A DNA stretch of 63,207 nucleotides, the filler included, from Choristocarpus tenellus KU-1152 (Eukaryota > Protista > Phaeophyceae): the NCBI GenBank assembly GCA_964200185.2. It is 8 parts of 8 records of this genome, joined end to end, with 100 filler letters (N's around TTAATTAATTAA, not from the genome) between each part and the next. Parts side by side here need not be neighbours in the genome. Positions count along the whole stretch, not along the records: positions 3,965 to 20,170 come from CAXNAD020000860.1; positions 20,271 to 25,822 come from CAXNAD020010448.1; 6 more parts are not named here. The stretch is one strand, 5' to 3'. The notes beneath the pieces are model-generated. The model was given only the letters and a program-made list of their open reading frames with translations, had not been told where the DNA came from and ran no database searches. Shown piece by piece: positions 11,526 to 23,830 of the stretch. Each line of letters begins with the position of its first letter. Position 1 is the stretch's first letter. The position numbers and the translations under genes were made by a program.

Positions 11526-13611
11526 TCATGAGTAGGAGTACCCTCATTCGTGGTATGCACTCTATCAGGGTATCTACAGTTGCAAGTTTGTGTATGCCTA
11601 TGATTGCCTGACATATTGGAAATACTATTTTCTGTTCTAGAGTGCCATGGTGCCACAATGTGTGAATTCAAGTATGAGACTCTCGAGTTGTTTAGTGTGA
11701 AGCAAAGCTTTGAAATGACTTCCTCTATTCATGCCCAGGTCGTATTGTAGACCTCATAGAAAGACCAAGGCTATTTTCAGTGTTAGAGCAAGCTGAAGCT
11801 CTGGTGTTGCCAGCCGCCCCTTTCAGAATTTTTTTTTTTCCCCTGCACCATTTATACACGAACCCTTTAATGTTTACAACGCATGGTTTTGTTTTATGAA
11901 AGACTAAGCACTTGCAGTATTATTCCTAAAATTATTTTGACAAGGTGGAATTACTTAGAGCTCTGCAATCAACATACGAATACATAGTTCTGTATATGGT
12001 AGCCATATAGTGTAAATCACCGTGATAAGGTTAGGGTCAGACTGGAGTTGGTTTTGTCTCCAAGTGCGTGAATTCCACCAGTTGATTTAATGTTACTCAT
12101 GTTAAACCAGGAACTGCCCTGGACATATACATACATACTGAGTTTTTTCGTATTTATGTTGATAAATGTAATTTTATGTGGGGATCGCCTGGCTGTAGTG
12201 GGGTTAGGGGTTAGAACAAGAACAACTAGTTCCACATACAGATGATCATGAGTGGTAGGGCATTGTCTATAGTGCTTATGCCACAGGCTCAGAGAGGGCA
12301 GGCTCTAGCACATGTATCTTCCTTTGGGTGGAGAGGGTTGTGATGATGTCTATTGTTTGTTTGTCTTCAGCACCTGATTTGAAGGGGATCTCTTTCACAT
12401 TGCTGTAAGTACATGACTCATCTCACAACCATTGGTCTGGCCAATCCTGTTCACACCAACACTCAGACCCATCAAGAAAGTTTTAGAGGGGTTTCCAGTG
12501 AAAACGATTCCCTACTTTCCTTGAACGAAGGAGTGCAGGTTGGCACTGACAACAATGTGTTGGAAGTAGGAGCTGAGAGGAAAAAATATGGTATTTGGTG
12601 AGGCCATCACTCTCCAAGTGTAGACAGGCAGTGAGTACAAGCACACTATTATGAAGAACAATTTTGAAGCTCTGAAATGGAGGAAAGTACTCAACCACTT
12701 CCAGATGCTTCACTCAATTCTCCCCAATTTATTTTATGTATTACTACGAATCATGAAACATGTTATGTGCTGCCAAACAGTTTCTTCAGGGCTTCATCAG
12801 GCTGGGCAAATACAAAGCAACCAGTCAGTGGGTTGTACCAGTTTCAATATTTACTAACGTGTTCAGACCAGGTCCATCAAGTGTTGGAACTGCCTGTCCA
12901 CAGCCTGGACATTTTACAGTTTTTCTTAACCCTTGTAGCTCAACAATAAACTAGTTGAAAACATGGGTAAAGAAATACTATGGAGTACATTTCATTTGTT
13001 CCTGTTTCGATATACCATTGTATTTTCAATCAGTCACCAACTCTTCACTCAGTTCGAAAATATATATCAATATCCTTGCGGAGCAGCCTCAAATTGGGCA
13101 AGGTACAAAATATCTGACTGCCCTCGTCCACAGGTAGGCCCAGTACTAACATATTCTACAAGGGCAGGTCCATGGCTGTCAATTTCTTCATCAGCATTGG
13201 GCCACAAGCCACCCTGATACCAATACGTAAATTGATGACAGAGTCGGTCTGTGACCATAACTATTTCAACATGTAAGGGCCACTGGCCATGCTAGCTCCT
13301 CAGACTAGACTGAGGAAATGCCCCAAGTTTATTATTGTTTCAAGTAGAATTACGACAATTTCGTTATCCCTTCTTGTGTCTCGTTGAAATAACCACATCC
13401 TATAGCCAAACATGGAGCAAAAATTACACTATATGCTTGAATAGTACTCTTAACATGGTAACCCATCATAGTCCACGATAGATCTGGGTGTCCCATTCAT
13501 CTCATTAAAAAAATGTTGCAAGATTGTCTTGTACTATTCATACTACTATTAAAATTTCTGAAGCATGCATGACTTGCCCCAATTGGATTTTGCCTGCAGT
13601 AGTGTATCTAC

Positions 13612-14256
13612 CTGACAAACATTGCACAGCACTCTCTGGATCCATCCCAATCCTTATCTGCTACATGCTGCATGTGGATGTCAGCAGTACGATGAGGCAA
13701 GGAGAGATGACTGGGATTATGTACATTGGTATGGAGTGATAGAGTAGAAATCTCTTCAGGAGTGTGCAGTTCATTATTGGTCGACATAACTCACAATGGA
13801 AACTATGTAATCATGACCAATGCCGTGAGCTTAAGGTGTTAAATTTGCTTACAGGTGTTACCTGGAAGTCAACTACAAGTGCCCCATTGAAGAGAGCATT
13901 CTCAAGGCCTTCCCAACTCACTCTTTCCAGAAAATAAATGAGGGATGGAAGTACCCCAGGAGTAAAATCCTTTAGTACAATTTGCCTACCAACCTTTGTT
14001 GAGAATTTAGGGTCATTGGCAAACTATCACTCCTCCTCTTACCTACAACCGGCATGTTGGTATCAAATTCAAAATAGTAATGGTCTTGTGCAGCAGAAAA
14101 TTAGGAACTACTCATTGCATCAATTAGAAAATTTGATAAAGATTTTGCATACTGTTGCATATTCGGTGAGAGCGTTTGACAGCCCAACCTCAACAGCTTG
14201 TTTCCTCCAAGACACTCCAGCAGAGCTTTCCTCATCAAGGAGCAGACTGAGTTGCC
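13612..14256 (-). CDS. Putative spliced gene or pseudogene fragment, unknown product
   Basis: Three phase-compatible candidate exons: 14256-14153 (GQLSLLLDEESSAGVSWRKQAVEVGLSNALTEYAT), 14023-13862 (FANDPKFSTKVGRQIVLKDFTPGVLPSLIYFLERVSWEGLENALFNGALVVDFQ), 13657-13612. Continuation unclear. Confidence 0.3.
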
Positions 14257-14659
14257 CTACAGCACTTGTGGGTTGCCCTAGAGCGCTTGTGCAAAGTCAA
14301 TGGATGTATATGCCACGAGCATCATGGATCAAGCTCAAAGAATGAAATGCAATAGCGTGAAAACAGTTACAGATTAGTATAAAGTCATACCAGCTAAGAT
14401 AAGGGGGTCATTGAGTTTTAAGGGTCTTTACGATTGCCTTGTGACACATGTGTTTTGAACACTATTAGTATGGAGGGGGATATTGACCAACAACGTGTTC
14501 ACACCTGATCATCTTTTACAGCTACACACCCCTGAGGGGTGTCAAATGCATTTTAGGGATGGGCATGGTAAATATTGCTCGATCTATTAAAAGACCTTGA
14601 AAGTAAAAAGGGCCAAAGCTTATCCTCCTGGAAGATTGTTTTACGCAACAACTATTCCG

Positions 14660-17600
14660 CTAAAGTGAACTAGTGATATCCTCTCTCTCTCCTTCAAGCT
14701 TTACCTTCGACTTCCTCTTCCCTTCCTTTGACTTCTTTTTCAACTTCTTTGACTTCTTTGTTGATCCATTACTGAACATTTCCTCACCAACCTCCAATCC
14801 CTCCCCCCCTCCCTCACTTTCATGTATCTCTCCCTTGGGTGTACTAGCTGCCACTAGTTTTGCCTTCTTAGTTCCCCTGGTGTATTCTGAGTCAAGGGTT
14901 AGGGTTTAGGGTTAAGCAAGGGCTAAGGATTGAAGTGGGATATTGTGGGGATAGGGGTGTTGGCCAGGTGACAGAGATGTGTGTTTTCAAGGGGGGAAAG
15001 TGGGTGCATAGGGTCAACATTAGATTCACAACTTGATGCAATGCTTACTATGTGACCTTCAAGCAGCCCAAAAAATGTATGCATAGGTTGTGCGGTATTC
15101 TGGAGTAATGCAACCACACCTCACAACATATGTGAGTTGTTTGGTGTGATGACCACCTTCCCCCATGGTTTTGCTACAGAAAAGACTGCATTCAAAATCC
15201 CACATGGCAGGAAAGGGGACTGCCAAAATGCCTTGATTTGTTGAATCGTGTTTGTAGAAGGGGAAGAAACTAGTGCAAAATGAAGAATCCAACCTCTGGT
15301 CCTTTTGAAATATTGTGCTAACACACCACTTGTTGAACTGTTCATACTAATAAACCCTTCTTCCAACTGAGTACTACCAATAGAGCATGGCATTACTAAC
15401 ATAACACGGCGGGGTGCCTTTCCTCCTCCAAACAGTACAACAAACATATCCCCCAGCAAGTCAGGATAAGGTACTGATCAGTGTCTTCAACATACTGTAG
15501 CATGAAGGGGTCAACTTGCTCACTCTGCTCAGGCACACTACCAGGGAGAAGCTCTGTGCTTATCGTCACCTACACACTATGATATTAATATTCTGGCAGA
15601 CCTTTGAATCTTCAAACCAAGATTGAAGACATGTACCAATTTGTACTGATATACCTATAATATGAACAACACTCAAAGTAAGACTACTTCCAAAGGTGAA
15701 ATACTGTCACCAGTCACTACAAGGGAACACCATCGTTCATCTACGTACATATTGTGTATTAGAAGTATACCCATACACCATTCAAAAACGCATCCAAGGT
15801 GTAGAGAACCTAGCTTTTCAGTAGTCCGTGTATATATCCACATATTCCATTCAATGCAGAGTTCTCAGGCAGTTTAGTATAGGCAAGGTTCGTGGAGTAG
15901 CATAATGGCATCAGTTCCCGACCAAGGTCAGTCATCAGCATACCTCTACATATGTCCCATACATGTAATGTATGGTATGCGTTCATTCTCAAATAATATT
16001 TTCTCAAAGATTCAATGACAAGCATTGGAAAGGGGACAGGCAGAAAATTGTGAGTGTTCTTAGGAGATGGACAATTCCTGCATATAGAAAAAGAGTGGGA
16101 TTGTCTCACTTTAATACAGGTACTTCAACTGACTCAGGGACAAGAATGAATCCCTTCATCACTACTTGTATATGGTGCACAATTCCATGAACAAAAGACC
16201 ACAGAAAACTGCACAATTCCCTCCTACATGCAGCTTGCACAAAGTCTGGAGCATGTTTCATTTCAATAATTGAAATCCAATATCAACCATGCATCACAAG
16301 TGACATCTATAATCAGCTTGACATGGAAGTGTAGATGTGAAGAGAGGGATTGGGGGACCTCTGAGTCTGTACTGTGCCAAAACAAAATCAAATTAGTACT
16401 CCTCCGCAATTAAAAAACATGTAAAACTATTCTTAAGTTTCACAAGTACTGAAGTACATATTGCTTCCATAATTCCTAATATTAATATTGTTATTGTCTT
16501 AATCATCACCATGCAGTGCTGCAAAATGGTCGGGCACACCTCCAAACAAAACCATGGCATTACATACATACTCATTGTTGAATGAAGAATAATGAGTCAA
16601 ACCTCATTCACTGCTTGGACAAAACCAATGCAGGTGCACCCAAAGTCTGTGCCAGCAAAATACAAGCAAATATCATTCCTTCTACGACCCACATAAAATG
16701 CCATTAAAAAAAACTTAAAATTTACTCTGAACAATATTTTAGCTGTGTTGGGTTCCTCCATCTTTCAGTATATCCTTCAGTCACATCAAGTAGATGTTCT
16801 AAATAACAACTGCGGCAAAGGATATTTTACACAGTTGGGGAATAACAGCTACTAAATAAATAGGTTCCATTGGAAATAACACATTGGATGCATACAGTTC
16901 TGCAACTTAGCTGGCGAATACAGCCTTGGGTAGTCAATAGCAACAGACAACAAGCCCTCAAGTGCTACAAGCATGTCTTTATAAGTAAGTGGAAATCACA
17001 TAGTTGAAACCTAACGCTTTGTCCCGTGGTGTTCACCACTACAAGCTTTGCCATCACATCACCGACTAAAAAAATGACATCAAACGTGATAGGGATAATA
17101 CTTCATTGCTCCACTGAAATGATAAAATGTGATATCCATCAGAATGCAAAATGCTCCACTAGTAATAGATTGCACGCGGCCAGTATCATCACCAGAAGGT
17201 CATCTGTACTGCTGATAAATGAGATGACTACATATCTCACATTCTCTATTGTCATCTCATATCCCCTTCACCACACAACAACACCTCTCACCTGATCCAT
17301 AGCCCGCAGGTCTCATCCGAACACGCATATCCTTGAGTTGCGCCTGCCCCTGGTAAGGCTCCACTTCAACTAGTCCAAAAACATGATCCCCTCTTCCTCC
17401 CCCCTCCAGTTCTCCCTCTACATCACCCTTTCCCTCCCCACTGCATGCCTGCGCCAGGTTGATCTGTAGTCATAGCGAGGAGGCACGTCATGCAATACAG
17501 GCGCCCAAAGCACCACCCAAAGGGATATCGATAAGCTGCTAGTAGGTCGCTCGTTTGCACACACTTTGGACGAATGGATGCGCTTACTGGCCTTGTAACC

Positions 17601-18235
17601 TGAAATACCTGACCACAAAAGGGCGGCGCCACCATGAGTGATCCCGTCTCCCGAGCAGTGAAAAGAGATCGAAAGCTTGAACTTTCTCTAACATGACCCG
17701 ACCGCAGAACAGTGCCACCTGCTCGTGCAACGAGCTTCCCATCCGTGTTTACATTTCCCCTACCACCCTTAGTCACTGGCAGCTTGACAGTAAGTCCCTG
17801 TGTGGTTACCAAGGAATCGGGCATGAGTAGGGCCATAGTTTAGCACTTCAACTACTGAAGGTTACATAGGTGGTTTACTGCCAGTACTTGGTATCGCGCA
17901 GACCCTCTAATTCAACTGATTGTGAAGTGATAGCACCTATCCTTAAATTTTTCAATCGCCGAGAGTTACACAAGGGTCGATCTACTGTTTCTGAACTCAT
18001 AGCCAACAACGAGTTAGATCACTTAGATATCGACACACCCACAACATATCATAGGACCACCACATCCAGCCAACCTTCAATGAGTTATCGGCCTCAGGAA
18101 ACCAAGATAACTTACCTCTAAGGAGTGAGCGATGTGTTTGGGGACCCGAAAGAGCCACAGTTTCTTACCGCTAGCACCGACCTCAGACGCGTCAACCGAG
18201 GTTACAATCTTCTTCTCCACAAAATTTTCCGTCAT
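14660..18235 (-). CDS. RPA34: RNA polymerase I subunit RPA34/A34.5 (PAF49-like), complete, 4 exons, about 240 aa
   Basis: Exons 18235-18116 (MTENFVEKKIV...GKKLWLFRVPKHIAHSLE), 17797-17588 (GLTVKLP...SLMVAPPFCGQVFQVTRP), 17448 or 17463-17292 (...PYQGQAQLKDMRVRMRPAGYGS), 14886-14660 (Lys-rich tail, TAG). All junctions GT-AG and in phase. LWL-x-x-P, the Q-x-x-x-x-R-x-R-x-x-P-x-G-Y segment and the K-rich tail resemble A34.5; identification is from motif recognition only. Confidence 0.72.
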
Positions 18236-20298
18236 CCTTACTGTGGTGTGTGCTTGGTGGCTATGGAGCCTCTACCACACACAAGGCACACAGCCTAAGA
18301 GAGTGAGAGGGCAGATGAGATAGGGTCAATCGCGCGTTCATCATCCTTGCTCGCGGCGAATGAGTGTTATGTCACACAATCATGTTAAAGGGGAATGATT
18401 TCAATTAACAGAACCATCTCCAGGTATCAATAGTGGTATAAAAGGGAAAGGGGGAATTTAGGGGTAATATGGAAGTATGACGTTGATGAAATGTGCGAAC
18501 AAGAGTTACGGTTCTCAAAAAAATGTAGCGAGTTGGAATTATGTGACACTTGAGTGGAAGGTGGGGTCCTAGGCATTCTGTGAGGGAGGGGAATCTGATG
18601 ATCTGAAAGTTGGAAGCACAGCTTGAGTAAGGAGGAAGAACAGGAGCTGGGCTAGAGCAATGGTATTGTGGTATCGAGATGCCATTCCAACACCTTTGTC
18701 CTCCAGTACACATACATACTGAAGGTTGATGTATATTATCATGGATCTATGTTATACCTGGTAGGGTATCACCAAACCTCTCCTCCTGCGACTCTTCCAC
18801 TTCTTGGGAAGTGGGCCGTGGGAAGGAATATGGAGAAATACGTAGGAGCACCCTGTGTGAATCCCTATCACCGTTGCCAACAGGATACCTCTTGGATGAA
18901 AAAATGCTTGGTCTACCCCTACAATCCACCCGAGGGGATGGGGGTAGACCTTCTCCTCTGTTGCTACCATAGTGTTCGGTCTTTGAGGTCGACATACGGC
19001 TGAGTGGTTGGAGATTTTGCCTATCACCCTATAATATCTTAATTCACTCGGTTGACAAAATGAATTGTGTTATTTTGTAGCGACATGGTTCACTCAAACA
19101 ACGGTGGTTAATAGAATAACTGGGTAACTTACAAGATAGGCGGACCAAGACGGACTGTAACTAAGAGGATGAGGTTCGAGATTCTTCACCGAGGTTTATC
19201 ACCAGGGTTCTTGGAAGGTATATCAAACGTTATGAAGTCCATGGTAATGAACCGTACGATAACGGACAACCCTGTTTTCCGCATTGAGACCTGAATATTG
19301 AAGCAAAATAGTAGTAGTGTACATAGACACGAATTCTAAGCACAATGCCCCGTAGTGTGGACACCCACCTTCTCCACACCTCACTTTGCCCATTATATTA
19401 CAGGGTGGGGGGTGGTTCACAGCAGACCCTTTAGTGGACTGGGTAGATAGGTCCAGCATAATACCACCCTCGAGGATATTACAGCCTTACGCATTGTGCT
19501 GCAAATTGTTCGTGGGGATCAAATGATAGATTTGTACAAGAAAAGACTTCTTGAATTTATACGCCCCGGGTTGGAGGCACCGGGATAGTGTGTGAGATGC
19601 GGCCTTATCGGCTCCTGGCTGGGATTCCTCTCTTGTTTATAGACCACCTTCTTCATAGTTCCAGTCTAGGAGTATTTTTAGCTCCCTATGTGTGCCATCA
19701 CACATCTATTTGAAATAAAAAACAATGCTAGAGATGGTTGGCCCACGTGGGATTGGGTACGTCATCCTCGGAGGTCAGAAAACCAGTCATATAGACAAAA
19801 TCAGTAAAAAAAGTAGAGTGGAGGGATTGAAGATGGAAGTTAAAGGATCAGTGTTGGGGTCTTGAATCAGATGTGGACGTTGAGTTCTGCATAGACCAAG
19901 GAATGTGCTTCCATGTAGTGTGTGCTTTGCCATTGTCACGTAATTAAGTAGATTTTCAAGGTTGGGTGCTTGGGAAATCAGGTCGAGTTGTGGTTAGATG
20001 AGTTGATCGAGTGAAGGGTATGTTGTTGCAATACCGAACTTGTTGTGCAGTCTTCATCCTCGCCATGTGTTGTTGACATAGGGTTGCAGAACCTGGTGAT
20101 CTTCTGTTACAGGCGCCCCTCAATGCTCACCTTCCAGGATGTACAACTCAAATCCAACGACCTTAAAACGNNNNNNNNNNNNNNNNNNNNNNNNNNNNNN
20201 NNNNNNNNNNNNNNTTAATTAATTAANNNNNNNNNNNNNNNNNNNNNNNNNNNNNNNNNNNNNNNNNNNNCCTGCACCATGCACATCTACACGCACAG

Positions 20299-21530
20299 GT
20301 ATTCCGGAAGATGAGGAGAACCCGGAATGAAGGAGACAAGGGTGTTGGGGGTGATAGTGGTGGTGGTGGAGCTGGAGGTGGAAAGGGGCGAAGGGATGAA
20401 GGTACAACGGAGACTCATAACCCAACCATGATGAGTACTCGCCCAAGGACTGAAGACTTGGGGACTGGGGCTGGTAGTGGTGCTGGTGGGGCTGCTGGTG
20501 GGACTGAGGATGGATCTGGTGCTGGGGCTGTGGTGACTGAACCCAACCCTATTGCTGTGGCCATGGGAAAGCAGAGAGTACCTACACAGCGTTTCTTTGT
20601 GGCAAGGGGGCCTGCTAACCCCAGGTAAGGAAAGCAGGCAGGGTGTGAATGCAAGACCCTTTTCTGAAGAATGGAAGGCAATGATGCCTTGGACATTTTC
20701 TGTTATCCCTACACCAAGTTGGTAGATGTGCTGGAGTTCTATATCTGCAAATATTTCATTTTTTTCAATCCTTCAAAGTAGAAATTATGATGCTTCCAAC
20801 TGTCCTTGGTTGATGGCCCTTTGAAGTCACCTCATTGGTGGGCTACTGATGACCGTTGTTATGGTGACATTTTCTGAGTATGATACCCACACCATGTATA
20901 CGTAGACAGTGTTTTTTGTGCCATGTACCCTATTGATACTTACTGAACTTCTTCTTTCTAGTACTTGTATTGTGTATTGGATTGAATCTCATTGATAATA
21001 TTTATCTGTAATGTATATAGTTGCGTTACTCCAGAGTGTTTGCACTTTTTTTTTCTATTACTGCCGTTGTTGATATGATAATGATAATAATAATATTAAT
21101 GATAATGCCCATCTCTTACTCCCAAGCCCAATCTCAAGACCTTTGTGGAAACCCTCAAGCAGGAAGTATCAAACATACTTGATGTCGTTGTGGGATAGTC
21201 AGGATTCGGTTTGGCACTGCAGCTCTCTTCTTGCTGATCAGTCAATCCAGTAGTCAAGCTTGTGATGACCTGTCCATGAATCTGGTGTAGTCCTTTGCCC
21301 CTCACCCCAAGAGTGAATATTGTTTATGTGATTGGACTCCTTGCCCCCTCTCCCCATTTTGCAGGGTGCCTCGTCCATCCCCATCCTCAAATGCCCAGGC
21401 TACCAGTGGGGAAGCTGTAGCAGGGACAGTGTCCAACCCCAATGTCCGGGGAAGGGGACGACGCCGCAACACCAACCGAGGACGTGGACGGGGACGGGGA
21501 CGTGGACGAGGACGAGGGAGTGGGCCCTGA
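20299..21530 (+). CDS. 3' end (last two exons) of a low-complexity protein with an RG-repeat C-terminus
   Basis: Exons 20299-20624 and 21365-21530 join in phase and end ...NVRGRGRRRNTNRGRGRGRGRGRGRGSGP*; the 5' part lies beyond the contig start. Confidence 0.65.
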
Positions 21531-23260
21531 GGGTCACACCAAGATTGACTTCTCTATGAGAGCGATGGGTAGTGCCACATCAGGCCTGACCCAACAGTGC
21601 CAGAGATATTGTGGCAGATTGTTTTCACCAAACAATATAGTTTTGTCACCCAAAGATCAAAACCAATACGGCCTTTTGATATCCAGAGCAAACTTTAAGG
21701 GTCAGGCAAAGCAAGTGTGACACTAAACAGGAGGCCACAGGGTGTTGATGAACCTTTGGCTCTGTATTGGCGTTTTTGAAATGCACACTTCTTGTCTTTT
21801 TGCACCCAGCTAGCTGTGTAATTTTCTTCATGACTTGATTGCAATATTCATGACACTTCAGAAGATGGGTACTGGGTAGAGTGTGAGACATTGTGTTGTT
21901 GAGAGTCGTGTTCCCACCTGTCTGCCTCATCCATCAGTTCAAGTGTGCCATAGTATACAGTATGTCTTTTGTTGTGTAATGTTTGGTGGTGTGTATGATG
22001 TTGTATTACATGGGAGGATTGCTGTATTGACCACTGTGAATGAACACAAGTGTGTCTGACTCATTGAGTCAATCCATGTACATGATAGCCATGTTTGATA
22101 AGTTGCAGTCTTCTAGTGTTTTTTTGTTTCTCCAGAGTTGAGACGGTTGGCAGTTGTCAAGGCGTATCCCCTGTCTCACAGGAAGTGCTATTGATGAAGA
22201 GTCCTGTGTGTGGTCATACAGGATTTGCAGTTCAGGATAAGTGTGAAGTTCATGGTTGAACAATTTAGTTTGTTGTTATTGTTGATTGTAAGCCCTTTAC
22301 CTCCAGTGAATCATTTACCTGTTGTGATCAAGAGGTCAATGCAAATCCCTCTGATACTGATAGCATCGGCTGACTGCCCCACTATCTTTTCCTAGCTTGG
22401 CTTATCCTCTACTACAACCCTATTCTTTAATGTCGTGAAACAAACACTATTGCACCAGACACTGCACTTGGTTGAGGAGAGATCAAAATGGGAGAGTCTT
22501 CACGTGAAGTGGGAAATATTGGATATAGGTGTACTCCAAGGGCAAGGGCATCGCACATGTGTCACAAAGACTGATATGAGATTGATTTGAACCATTTGGT
22601 TGTTCGTGGTTGGGGTTCTCTTTGAGGTTCATTGAGGGGATGCAGTTGTCCTTGTTGGCGTACATTGTCTGGAGAGCACAGTGTGTGTCAAGTCAAAACG
22701 TAACTTCAGCTACTGTATTGTGCTGTAATATTGTGGGAAAATTTACGAGAAGACATTAGTCCTTGAACAAATAGACATACATCTTGTACATATTGATTTT
22801 GAATATCTGGAACTCATGTCTATTATTTACCCTGTACAACAACACCACCTCACAGTAAAGCCACCAGTTTCTTGATCCATGGGAAGAATGGTCTATTGCA
22901 TGCTTGACTATTATGGCTGAAAATGGGTCCAACTTGACAGAACGTTCAGTGTTTTATGTGTCCTGGTCGGCAACATCAAATTGTACAGGGCTGCTTCAAT
23001 CAGTTCAGTAAAGTTTTTTCCTGGTCTGGGTGAAACCTTAGAAGGGTGAGGCGAGAGGTCAAGCTCATTCGTCTGGGGGGTTGCAGCAGAGGCACAGGGA
23101 ACGGACACTCAAGTATTGTTTTCTGATATAAAATAATGTAGAAGGGGTTACTGCCTGTTCGGTTTTTGACAAAAGTGAGGCTGCTCCTCTCTTTCCCCAG
23201 AACAGTCCCTACGGGCTTACCCAGGCACACACCCCTCACTGTTGATACTTCCAAGTATAA

Positions 23261-23444
23261 GGGCCAAAGTGTCTCGGGGGTGGGGGGTGGGGGTTGTCCG
23301 TTTGGAGTCAATTTTTCCATGTCGTGATTTTTGTGTGATTTGGTCGCATACGTCAGATGGTTAATATAAATGCATTTATCCTTATTTTGCCCCAAGTGGA
23401 CACTCTGGTGTAGACCCTCCCTCCCCCCCCAGATACTTTGGGTC
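23261..23444. mobile_element. MITE family A, full copy (184 bp)
   Basis: GGGCCAAAGTGTCT...AGATACTTTGGGTC; ATAA on both flanks. Confidence 0.88.
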
Positions 23445-23621
23445 ATAATTTATCCTACTGGGGCTTCTGGAACACAGTGGTTACTAGCTGTTTCCGGAGC
23501 TTCCCCTCCTCGTTCCTCACGAGTGAGGCACCCCCTTGTTACCCACGCACCGCGTTGCCGCCAGCACCCCATCCTGGCCATAAGCAGGTCCGTAATAGCC
23601 CATTGTGGTTGTTGCAAGTGA

Positions 23622-23830
23622 GACACAGGAGAAATCAGGAGGATCGTTTCTCCACATGACAGGTTTGTTGCAACCAACATGTTCGTTCATCCGAGTGCAT
23701 ACAATTTTCAAGATAGAAGGGATACTGTTGACCATGTGTGAAGAAATGGTTGCAACATGAGGTGGAAGAACTGTGGGGAAAACAGTGCCAGGCTGCTAAT
23801 GGACAGAGGTCCCCAAGGGTACTGAGCGAG
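23622..23830 (+). pseudogene. Degenerate HNH-endonuclease-like domain
   Basis: HDRFVATNMFVHP...DTVDHV*RNGCNMRWKN, then after a frameshift LWGKQCQAAN; resembles HRLVAxxF...VDHIxRNxxNNRxxNLRWxxxxxQxxN. Confidence 0.45.

Noticed and set aside
17423-17425. TGA read-through or selenocysteine at the end of ORF 17423..17836, and in-frame TGAs elsewhere (15121, 23739)
   Set aside because: The 17423 case disappears once the RPA34 intron is spliced. Intact genes have no internal TGA and two of them end in TGA; the other cases lie in decayed sequence
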